Assembly (NCBI GenBank): GCA_016285245.1
Contig: JAEEQH010000013.1
Span: forward strand, 12,415 to 76,414
DNA from: Prevotella sp.
Lineage (GTDB): Bacteria; Bacteroidota; Bacteroidia; Bacteroidales; Bacteroidaceae
Reading direction: 5' to 3'
DNA length: 64,000 bases
Shown here: positions 18,938-27,260 of the stretch, one piece after another
Layout: every line of letters starts with the position of its first letter
How positions within the stretch are numbered: the first letter of the stretch is position 1
Program-made: the position numbers and the translations under genes
The notes under the pieces: generated by a model
Told to the model about the DNA's origin: nothing
The model's database searches: none
What the model saw: only the letters and a program-made list of their open reading frames with translations

Positions 18938-20635
18938 ATGGAAGAAGGACAAAGAATACGTATTCGTTGTATCAACAACGGACAAACGATGGACGTGCTC
19001 ATGGGCAGCACGTTGGAAGAGATCTATGAGGCAACTGGACTCCAGTTGCCTCATGGCCCGATTGTGGCCAAGGTGAACAACAAGGTCGAGGGTATGCATT
19101 TCCGTGTGTACACGGCCAAGGACGTGGAGTTCCTCGACATCACGTCCTCCAGCGGTCTGCGTTCCTACACGCGTTCGGTGTTCTTCGTCCTTTGCAAGGC
19201 TGTCCACGACCTCTACGAGAAGAGCACCGTCTCTATTGACATCCCCGTCTCCAACGGTTACTTCGTGAACATCAACATCGAGCGTCCCGTGACGCTCGAC
19301 GATGCCGGCCGCATCCGCAAGCGTATGCAGGAGATTATCGATGCCGCCATCCCCATCCATCGCCATGAGCGTACCACCGAGGAGGCCATCAAGATGTTTG
19401 GTGAGCTCGGCTCGCTGTCGAAGGTGAAGCTGCTGAAGAGCACTGGCCGTCTGTATACCACCTATTACGACATCGACGGCTACCTCGACTACTATTACGG
19501 AGCGCTGCTCACCAACACGTCGCAGATCTACCTCTTCGGACTGGAGAAGTACTTCGACGGCCTGCTGCTGCGTCTCCCGTCGAAGGACACGCCCGACGAG
19601 CTGGGTGAGATGACCCATCAGGACAAGATGTTCGGCATCTTCAAGGAGTACCACCAGTGGCAGAGCATCCTCGGACTGCGCACCCTCGGCGATTTCAACG
19701 AAATCACGGAGAAAGGCTATGCCTCTCAGCTCATCCAAGTGAGCGAGGCCCTGCAGGAGAAGAAGATAGCGCTGATAGCCGACGAGGTGGCTCGCCGCTG
19801 CAATGCCACCCGTCTGCCGTCCCACCTGCAGCCCCTGCGCATGGTGCTCATCGCCGGTCCTTCGAGCAGTGGCAAGACGACGACCTGCAAGCGACTCTCC
19901 GTGCAGCTTGCTGCCAACGGCATCAAGCCCGTCCCCATATCGCTCGACGACTACTTCGTGGACCGCGACAAGACGCCGCGCCAGCCCAATGGCGACTACG
20001 ACTTTGAGCACCTGCACGCCCTGAACCTTGACCTGCTGAACGAGCAGATGAACGCCTTGTTCAACGGTGAGGAGGTGGAGCTGCCGCGTTACAACTTCCA
20101 GGCAGGCAGGAGCGAGATGAGCGGTCGCCGACTGCGTCTGCATGACGACGAGATACTCGTCGTCGAGGGCATCCACGCCCTGAACCCCGAGCTGATGGCA
20201 CAGGTGCCGCAGAGCCAGATTTACCGTGTCTATGCCTCGGCGCTGACGACGCTGCTACTCGACAACCACAACTACATCCCCACGACCGACAACCGTCTGC
20301 TGCGTCGCATCATCCGCGACTTCAAGTACCGTGGCGTCTCGGCCGTTGAGACCATCCGCCGCTGGCCCTCGGTGCGTGCCGGCGAGAACAAGTGGATCTT
20401 CCCGTTCCAGGAGAATGCCGACGCCATGTTCAACTCCGCCACGCTCTTCGAGTTGGCGGTCATCAAGGCACAGGCAGAACCGCTGCTGGAGCAGGTACCC
20501 GAGAACGCACCGGAATACAGCGAGGCCTACCGCCTCAGGAAGTTCCTGAGCTACATCAAGCCCATTCCCGCCGACCAGATTCCTCCGACGTCTCTGGTGC
20601 GCGAGTTCCTGGGTGGCAGCTCGTTTACCTATTGA
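18938..20635 (+). CDS. Uridine/nucleoside kinase with N-terminal ThrRS-like (TGS/editing-like) domain
   Basis: IAGPSSSGKTT P-loop, SLDDYF, VEGIHALNP, DNRLLRRIIRD; long N-terminal domain resembling the ThrRS N-terminus. Confidence 0.85.
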   Translation: MEEGQRIRIRCINNGQTMDVLMGSTLEEIYEATGLQLPHGPIVAKVNNKVEGMHFRVYTAKDVEFLDITSSSGLRSYTRSVFFVLCKAVHDLYEKSTVSIDIPVSNGYFVNINIERPVTLDDAGRIRKRMQEIIDAAIPIHRHERTTEEAIKMFGELGSLSKVKLLKSTGRLYTTYYDIDGYLDYYYGALLTNTSQIYLFGLEKYFDGLLLRLPSKDTPDELGEMTHQDKMFGIFKEYHQWQSILGLRTLGDFNEITEKGYASQLIQVSEALQEKKIALIADEVARRCNATRLPSHLQPLRMVLIAGPSSSGKTTTCKRLSVQLAANGIKPVPISLDDYFVDRDKTPRQPNGDYDFEHLHALNLDLLNEQMNALFNGEEVELPRYNFQAGRSEMSGRRLRLHDDEILVVEGIHALNPELMAQVPQSQIYRVYASALTTLLLDNHNYIPTTDNRLLRRIIRDFKYRGVSAVETIRRWPSVRAGENKWIFPFQENADAMFNSATLFELAVIKAQAEPLLEQVPENAPEYSEAYRLRKFLSYIKPIPADQIPPTSLVREFLGGSSFTY

Positions 20636-20641
20636 CAGTTT

Positions 20642-21529
20642 ATGATTGCAAGAAACAAGAAACGCAGATGGCACTGCCTGTCGGGCCAGGAACCTACCGA
20701 GCTCGACAAGCAGGTCATGTACTGGGAGAACAAGGGCAAGCTTGTGCCCACACGCGACCTGATAAAAACGCCCGAACAGATTGAGGGCATCCGTCGCGCC
20801 GGTGTCGTGAACACCGGCGTGCTCGACGAGGTGGCCAAGAACATCCGCGCCGGAATGTCGACGCTGGAGATTGACGAGATTTGCCGCCGCTATTGCGACG
20901 AGCACAATGCCATTCCCGCCTGTCTGAACTACGACGTCGGCGATGGCGAGACGCCGCCGTTCCCCATGAGTGTCTGCACGAGCATCAACGAGGTGGTCTG
21001 CCACGGCGTACCCAAGGCTGAGGATATCCTCGAGGAGGGCGACATCATCAATGTCGACTTCACCACCATCGTCGACGGCTACTATGCCGACGCCTCGCGA
21101 ATGTTCATCATCGGCAAGACCACGCCCGAGAAGGAACAGCTGGTGCGCGTCGCCAAGGAGTGTCTGGAGATAGGCATGGAGGCTGCGAAACCCTTTGGTT
21201 TCGTTGGTGACATCGGCCACGCCATCGAGAAGCATTGTAAGAAGTTCGGTTACGGCATCGTCCGCGACTTGGCTGGCCACGGTGTGGGCAACGCCTTCCA
21301 CGAAGACCCTGAGGTGAACCATTACGGCCATCGCGGTACGGGTATGCTGCTCGTCCCGGGCATGGTGTTCACTATTGAGCCGATGATCAACATGGGCACG
21401 TGGCGCGTCTTCATTGATGCCGACGACCCCTACGGCTGGGAGGTCATCACCGAGGACGAGAAGCCCAGCGCCCAGTGGGAGCACACGCTCCTGATGACCG
21501 ACCACGGTGTCGAGGTGCTCACGTACTGA
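20642..21529 (+). CDS. map: Type I methionine aminopeptidase
   Basis: CTSINEVVCHG, DIINVD, GHGVG..FHEDP, FTIEPMIN, SAQWEHT. Confidence 0.95.
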   Translation: MIARNKKRRWHCLSGQEPTELDKQVMYWENKGKLVPTRDLIKTPEQIEGIRRAGVVNTGVLDEVAKNIRAGMSTLEIDEICRRYCDEHNAIPACLNYDVGDGETPPFPMSVCTSINEVVCHGVPKAEDILEEGDIINVDFTTIVDGYYADASRMFIIGKTTPEKEQLVRVAKECLEIGMEAAKPFGFVGDIGHAIEKHCKKFGYGIVRDLAGHGVGNAFHEDPEVNHYGHRGTGMLLVPGMVFTIEPMINMGTWRVFIDADDPYGWEVITEDEKPSAQWEHTLLMTDHGVEVLTY

Positions 21530-21752
21530 CGCCCGTCACACCAGTCCAGCGTCGAATACGACGAACAACTTCACCTCTATCGGAAATGATAGCCGCGACT
21601 TTGCTGGTCATTTCGACGGTGACGGTCACACGATAAAGGGACTACGCTACGACCATTCGGATAATTCCTACTGTGGACTCTTTGGCAACACATCTAGTGC
21701 TGCGATTGATGTCTTCAACGGAACTGTTAGTGCTGGTTCGGGTGCAGGATAA
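21530..21752 (+). pseudogene. Fragment of a GLUG/beta-helix-type surface protein gene
   Basis: Frame reads FTSIGNDSRDFAGHFDGDGHTIKGL...YCGLFG, the F-x-G-x-FDGxGHTIxGL..GLFG motif of large Bacteroidota surface proteins, with no start codon or signal peptide of its own; it begins at the map stop. Confidence 0.65.
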
Positions 21753-21874
21753 GCGGCGCCAGGTGTAGGATCATTGTGAGATAAGCGAGATAAGCGGGTT
21801 GTTTCCGGCTTTTACTATATACAATGCGTGTATGCATACGCGCGCACGTATATGATAGCGAAAGGGAAAATTAT

Positions 21875-21975
21875 CCTACCTATCCTACCTATCCTACACC
21901 CAGAGCAATGCTTAATGCATAATGCTCAATGCATAATGTTATGCCCGTGGGTGTAGGATAGGCAGGATAGGTAGG
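21875..21975. repeat. Inverted repeat with arms of three 9-mers (CTATCCTAC); loop holds a heptamer array
   Basis: 21875-21901 vs 21949-21975 match at 26/27; both arms extend outward into GGAAA...TATAT-type ends; loop reads AATGCTT AATGCAT AATGCTC AATGCAT. Confidence 0.9.
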
Positions 21976-22031
21976 TTATTTCCTTGTTTCAGTACTATAT
22001 GGGGCTCCAGGAAACGAATGCCTCTTTTTTC

Positions 22032-22086
22032 AGAAACGAAATGGTTTTTTGTTTAGAAACGAAATGGTTTTTTGTTTAGAAACGAA
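22032..22086. repeat. 23-bp tandem repeat (AGAAACGAAATGGTTTTTTGTTT x2 plus a partial copy)
   Basis: Exact copies at 22032-22054 and 22055-22077, partial copy at 22078-22086. Confidence 0.85.
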
Positions 22087-22235
22087 TTTTCCTATTAATT
22101 ATTCAAATTCGTTTCTTAAATAACAAAATTCTTTTCTTTGAAAAGGGGCGTATAAATATTCACTTCCAAAATTGTAATTAGGAAAATTAATGTCAATTGG
22201 GAGAATTCGTTTCTCAAATATAACAATAATTTCGT

Positions 22236-22340
22236 GTTCATGACCTTTAGCTCTGAAAAGGTGACCTTTAGCCGCGAAAAGGTGGTCTTTAGAAACGAAA
22301 AGATGACCTTTAGCGCGCTAAAGGTCATCTTATTACACAT
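22236..22340. repeat. 21-bp-period array of AAAGGTGACCTTT-type palindromes (5 units, copy A)
   Basis: Units start at 22236, 22257, 22278, 22299 and 22320; 22300-22331 is a perfect 32-bp palindrome. Confidence 0.9.
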
Positions 22341-22407
22341 AAATATGCGGATAAATATGCATTCCGCTATTGTTGACCAACGGTGTGCTATGTGCTGGCA
22401 AAACAGG

Positions 22408-23505
22408 TCATTCCCCCGTCTTCCAGAGTTCGTTGAGCTTCTGCTGGATGACGGGATCCAGGGCGGGGATGTTGTGAGCGCGCTCGAACTGCCGGATGTT
22501 CTGGTAGGTCATCTTCATCTTGTTCGCCTTCTTCAGCGCCTTCAGCTCTGCCTTGTCAACGTAGGCGCGGTCGGTGGTAAACACCTGCATGGCCAGGACT
22601 GTATGCAGGTCCTTGCCGTCGCTCTCCTTGTCATAGCTGGTCATGTTCTGTGCCATCACGAAGTCCTCGGGCGCGTAGTTGCCAGCCTCGTCGATGCGGT
22701 AGATGATGAAGTCGGACTCCTGTTGGTTCTTCTTCTTGGCCTCCCGCTTCTCACGCTTGGCCTGTTTCTTGGCGTTGCCGATGGCTTCCAGACGGTGGCG
22801 TGACATGAGGTCGGTGCTGATGGAGATGCGGCGACGGCCTGCCGAGAGGTCGTCGGTGATGTGGCCGATGGTGCCCTTGAAGTCGCTGATGCGCTTCTTG
22901 CCCGGCCCTTCGGGGGTGATCTTCAGCTGGATCTCCTTGTTGTTGTTGACAAGCGTCTCTTCGCGCTTCTTCATCTGAATCTGACTGGCATGGTTCAGGA
23001 TTCTGCCAACCAGCGCATTGAGCGTCGTCTTCAGGATGCCGTACATGGCCTTCGATGCGTTGGTGGTGCTGGCCGACAGCTTTTTCGTCGTGCGGTCATA
23101 CACGTTGTCCGTCAGTCCCACACGATAGTAGGACACGCCGTCTTCGTCGTCGTAGTAGTACATACGGTAGTACGTCTGCACATAGACCAGCGGCTTCTTC
23201 TTCACCACAATCTCAGGCAGTCCGAAGTCGGCGTCCTCGAGCGTGATGCTGCCGCTCTTGCCGTTCACCTTATATAATTTAGGCTTGTAGGCTATGTGGC
23301 TGACTGTGATGGTGTCGGCACCCTTCACGTCGGCTATCACACCGTCGTCGTCGGTGATGCCGATAAACTTCGCGTCGGTCGTCATCACCGACACGTAGGG
23401 CACGGGCTGTCCGTCCTTGTCGATGGTACGGATCCTCTGTGCTGAAACGCTGACAGTAGCCAAGGTGGCTACTGTCAGCATACATAGTGTTTTCAGAATT
23501 CTCAT
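22408..23505 (-). CDS. Secreted hypothetical protein with N-terminal carboxypeptidase-regulatory-like domain
   Basis: Signal peptide; IDKDGQPVPYVSV...GITDDDG...ITVSHIAY...LPEIVVK pattern of CarboxypepD_reg-like domains. Confidence 0.7.
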   Translation of the reverse strand: MRILKTLCMLTVATLATVSVSAQRIRTIDKDGQPVPYVSVMTTDAKFIGITDDDGVIADVKGADTITVSHIAYKPKLYKVNGKSGSITLEDADFGLPEIVVKKKPLVYVQTYYRMYYYDDEDGVSYYRVGLTDNVYDRTTKKLSASTTNASKAMYGILKTTLNALVGRILNHASQIQMKKREETLVNNNKEIQLKITPEGPGKKRISDFKGTIGHITDDLSAGRRRISISTDLMSRHRLEAIGNAKKQAKREKREAKKKNQQESDFIIYRIDEAGNYAPEDFVMAQNMTSYDKESDGKDLHTVLAMQVFTTDRAYVDKAELKALKKANKMKMTYQNIRQFERAHNIPALDPVIQQKLNELWKTGE

Positions 23506-23532
23506 GGGGTTTGTCTTTTGGCTGCGGAGCCG

Positions 23533-24846
23533 TCATGCCGGGTTGTTCTCGGCGAAGATGGCCATGCGCTCGTCGAGCTGCTGGTACTGGTGGTCCTCAA
23601 TGAACGAGGTGCAGACGCGCAGGCCCTCCTGGTGCGAGCCGGTGGTGACGAGGCAGATGGCCGAGACGCCGTAGTACATCAGCTCGCGGGCCAGCTGTCC
23701 GCTGGTCATGCCCTTGTAACCGATGGTGAAGTAGAAACCGTCGGCCACAGGCTGGTCGCCGTCCTTGTCGTAGACGATGTGGAAGCCGTGACGGCAGAAG
23801 ATTTCCTTCAGCTTGTGGGCGCGGTCGCCGTAGACCTTCACCTCGTCGCGGAAACGGTACTCGCCGTCGCAGGCGGCGCGGAACATGGCGGCCAGGGCGT
23901 ACTGTGCCGAGTGGCTCGTGCCGCTCGACAGGGCGTAGAGCATACGGGTGGAGAATACCAGTCCGAAGGGCAGACCCTCGTAGCGCTTCGCCAAGTCGTC
24001 GTAGTGACGGTGGAACAGCTTGTCGGAGATGCACACCACGCCGATGCGCTCGCCGGCATAGGAGAACGCCTTGGAGCCCGAGATGAGCAGCATATAGTTG
24101 TCCGTATAGCGTGCCACGGTGGGCTGGTAGGGCGGCTCGAAGGGCGTGGAGAGGTCCTGACGGAAGTCCATGGCGAAGTAGGCCAGATCCTCCATGATGA
24201 TACAGTCGTACTGCGTGGCCAGGCGGCCGATGGTCTGGAGCTCCTCCTCCGTCAGACATACCCACGAGGGGTTGTTGGGGTTGGAGTAGACGATGGCGCA
24301 GATGTTGCGCGCCTTGAGGTAGGACTCCAGCTTCGGACCGAGCTTCTCGCCGCGGAAGTCGTAGACGTCGAACGTCTCGTAGCGGACGCCCATGACCTGC
24401 AGCTGCATCTTCTGCACGGGGAAGCCGGGGTCAATGAACAGCACGGTGTCCTTCATCTTGTCAGCCTGCGAACAGGTGAGAAATGAGGCGAAGGTGCCCT
24501 GCATACTTCCCGTGACGGGCACGCAGCCCTCGGCTGCCACGTCGACGCCGATGAATGCCTTGACGAATCGCGAGGCCTGACGCTTCAGCTCAGGATAGCC
24601 CTGGATGTCGGGGTAGGAGTGGGCGATGCCGTCCTGGAGGGCTTTCACCTGGGCGTCGACGCCCACCTGTGCGGCGGGCAGTCCGGGGATGCCCATCTCC
24701 ATCTTGATATACTCCACGCCGCTCTCTTTCTCGGCCGTGGCAGCGACCTGCTTCACCTCGCGGATGGTGGCCTTGGCGAAGTCCTGAATGCCCATCTTCG
24801 CAATCAGTCCGTCGACAATCTCTTTCTTAATAGGTGTCGGTTTCAT
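23533..24846 (-). CDS. PLP-dependent aminotransferase, class I/II
   Basis: YSNPNNPS, EDLAY, SGSKAFSYAGERIG (PLP lysine); directly downstream of iorAB on the same strand. Confidence 0.9.
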   Translation of the reverse strand: MKPTPIKKEIVDGLIAKMGIQDFAKATIREVKQVAATAEKESGVEYIKMEMGIPGLPAAQVGVDAQVKALQDGIAHSYPDIQGYPELKRQASRFVKAFIGVDVAAEGCVPVTGSMQGTFASFLTCSQADKMKDTVLFIDPGFPVQKMQLQVMGVRYETFDVYDFRGEKLGPKLESYLKARNICAIVYSNPNNPSWVCLTEEELQTIGRLATQYDCIIMEDLAYFAMDFRQDLSTPFEPPYQPTVARYTDNYMLLISGSKAFSYAGERIGVVCISDKLFHRHYDDLAKRYEGLPFGLVFSTRMLYALSSGTSHSAQYALAAMFRAACDGEYRFRDEVKVYGDRAHKLKEIFCRHGFHIVYDKDGDQPVADGFYFTIGYKGMTSGQLARELMYYGVSAICLVTTGSHQEGLRVCTSFIEDHQYQQLDERMAIFAENNPA

Positions 24847-24891
24847 TATTATCGTTATGACGTTATAACGTTTGTCATTATTACGAAATGA

Positions 24892-25464
24892 TTACTTTTG
24901 AGCAGCGCGACCCAGGGCCAGCGCCTTGATGTTGGCCTCGACGACAGCGTCGCCCTTGCGACCGAAGACACGGCGGATGGCATCCTCGAGTTTCGTGTAC
25001 TCAATGCCGAGGGCCTTCTGGGCTGCACCGAGCAGGATGACGTTGGCCGAGCGGGCTATGCCGTTGTCCTTGGCCATCTGCTCGATGTCGATCTTGATGA
25101 CGTTCGGCAGCTTGTCGAGATCGGCGTTGATGACCTCCATGTCGGGATAGTTCGGGATGTTGACGAAAGGCGTCGACGAGGTGATGATCCATCCGTCCTT
25201 GGCGAGGTAGGGCAGGTAGCGCAGAGCCTCCATGGGCTCCATCGAGATGATGACGTCGGCACCGCCCTTGGGAATGAGGTCGCTGTGGATGGGGTCGGAG
25301 GAGATGCGCAGGTTCGACTGGACGTCGCCGCCGCGCTGGCTCATGCCGTGTACCTCGGCCTGCTTGATGTAAAGGTTCTCGTTCATGGCGGCCTCGCCGA
25401 TGATGGTAGCGATGGAGAGGATTCCCTGTCCTCCTACGCCGCAAAGTATGATATCTGTTTTCAT
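24892..25464 (-). CDS. iorB: Indolepyruvate:ferredoxin oxidoreductase beta subunit
   Basis: GVGGQGILS, EVHGMSQRGG motifs. Confidence 0.92.
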   Translation of the reverse strand: MKTDIILCGVGGQGILSIATIIGEAAMNENLYIKQAEVHGMSQRGGDVQSNLRISSDPIHSDLIPKGGADVIISMEPMEALRYLPYLAKDGWIITSSTPFVNIPNYPDMEVINADLDKLPNVIKIDIEQMAKDNGIARSANVILLGAAQKALGIEYTKLEDAIRRVFGRKGDAVVEANIKALALGRAAQK

Positions 25465-25492
25465 AACTTCAATTCTTCAATCCTTCAATTCT

Positions 25493-27124
25493 TCATTTCT
25501 TTTCTGCTGCCTTCTTCTGCTTCAGATGCCTCTGCAGTGTCTGCATACACTCGCGGCGCGGGATGATGACAGAGGTGCCCTTGTAGTTGATCTCGTCACG
25601 GATGATCTGTGTGATCTCCGGCATATTCTTCGGCAGGGGAACGACGACCTTCAGGTGCTCGTCGCTAAGACCCAGTCCGCGGCAGATGGCCTCGAACTTA
25701 TTGGTGCCGGCCGAGTCCTGACCACCGGTCATGCCCGTCGTCAGGTTGTCGCTGATGATGACGGTGATGTTCGCATTCTCGTTGATGGCATCGAGCAGAC
25801 CCGTCATGCCGCTATGCGTAAAGGTGGAGTCGCCGATGATGGCTACGGCAGGCCACTGGCCGGCATCGGCAGCACCCTTGGCCATGGTGATCGAGGCACC
25901 CATGTCAACGCACGAGTGGATGGCACGGAACGGGGGCAGGAAGCCCAGCGTGTAGCAGCCGATGTCGCCGAAGACGCGCGGGTTGTCGTACTCCTTCAGC
26001 ACCTCGTTGAGGGCGGCGTAGACATCGCGGTGGCCGCAGCCCTGGCAGAGTGCGGGGGGACGGGGAACGATGTCTTCGCAGGAGGCGAAGCCTTCATCAG
26101 TTGACAGTTGACAGTTGACAGTTGACAGTTTGGCTAACGCCTTCTTGACGGCGTCAGGGGTCAGCTCACCGGTGCGGGGCAGGGTGGCGTCGAGCTTGCC
26201 GTGGATGGTCTGGTCGTCGGAGACGCCGCGGACGATGTCCTCGATGAACGGCTGACCCTCCTCGACGATGAGCAGCTGCTCCGTCTCGTCCATCAAGCGG
26301 CGCACGAGCTGCTTCGGCAGCGGGTACTGCGAGATCTTCAGGATGGGGTAGGGGCAGGCGCCGGAGAAACTCTCCATGACGTAGTTGTAGCCGATGCCGC
26401 TGGCGAGGATGCCGAGCGACTTGTCGGTGCCTTCCTGATAGCTGTTAAAGGAAGAGTTGGCAGCGTCCTGCTCGAGCTGTGCCTGCTGGGCCGTCACCAC
26501 GTCGTTGCGACGACGGGCGTTGGCGGGCAGAAGCACCCAGTTCTTGGCCTCGGCGTTGTAGTTTAGGGCGTTCTCCTCACGCGGTGCGTCAGCACACTGG
26601 ACGACGGCGCGGCTGTGGGCCATGCGGGTGGTGACACGCATCAGCACCGGCAGCTTCTGCTGCTCGGAGTAGTCGAAGGCCACGGCCATCATGTCGTAGG
26701 CCTCCTGCTGATTGGAGGGTTCGAAGGTGGGTATCATGGCGAACTTACCATAGAAGCGGGAGTCCTGCTCGTCCTGCGAAGAGTGCATCGACGGGTCGTC
26801 GGCCACCAGGACGACGACGCCACCGTTGACGCCCGTCATGCCGCTGTTGACGAACGGGTCGGCACAGACGTTCAGTCCCACGTGCTTCATACACACCAGG
26901 GCGCGCTTGCCCATGAACGACATGCCGAGGGCTGCCTCCATGGCCGTCTTCTCGTTGGTACTCCAGCGGCTGTGGACGCCGCGCTCACGCGCCAGCGGGT
27001 TGCCCTGGATAAACTCGGTAATCTCGGTTGACGGGGTGCCGGGGTAGGCGTAGACGCCGGAGAGTCCGGCGTGCAGAGCGCCTAAGGCAATGGCCTCGTC
27101 GCCTAACAAAAGTTTCTTTTCCAT
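25493..27124 (-). CDS. iorA: Indolepyruvate:ferredoxin oxidoreductase alpha subunit
   Basis: AYPGTPSTEI, NEKTAME, MKHVGLNV, RPPALCQGCGH, GDIGCY, TPP motif GDSTFTHSG. Confidence 0.93.
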   Translation of the reverse strand: MEKKLLLGDEAIALGALHAGLSGVYAYPGTPSTEITEFIQGNPLARERGVHSRWSTNEKTAMEAALGMSFMGKRALVCMKHVGLNVCADPFVNSGMTGVNGGVVVLVADDPSMHSSQDEQDSRFYGKFAMIPTFEPSNQQEAYDMMAVAFDYSEQQKLPVLMRVTTRMAHSRAVVQCADAPREENALNYNAEAKNWVLLPANARRRNDVVTAQQAQLEQDAANSSFNSYQEGTDKSLGILASGIGYNYVMESFSGACPYPILKISQYPLPKQLVRRLMDETEQLLIVEEGQPFIEDIVRGVSDDQTIHGKLDATLPRTGELTPDAVKKALAKLSTVNCQLSTDEGFASCEDIVPRPPALCQGCGHRDVYAALNEVLKEYDNPRVFGDIGCYTLGFLPPFRAIHSCVDMGASITMAKGAADAGQWPAVAIIGDSTFTHSGMTGLLDAINENANITVIISDNLTTGMTGGQDSAGTNKFEAICRGLGLSDEHLKVVVPLPKNMPEITQIIRDEINYKGTSVIIPRRECMQTLQRHLKQKKAAEKK

Positions 27125-27260
27125 ATTCTTATGCTTACGTTTTGTTACTGTTTCGTTATTTAGGGTGCAAAATTACTACTTTTTTTCCGTTTTTGCGCAA
27201 AGAATGAAAGTTTTTTTGTAACTTCGCGCTCTGAATGTGAACTAACAAACAAAAAGAACA

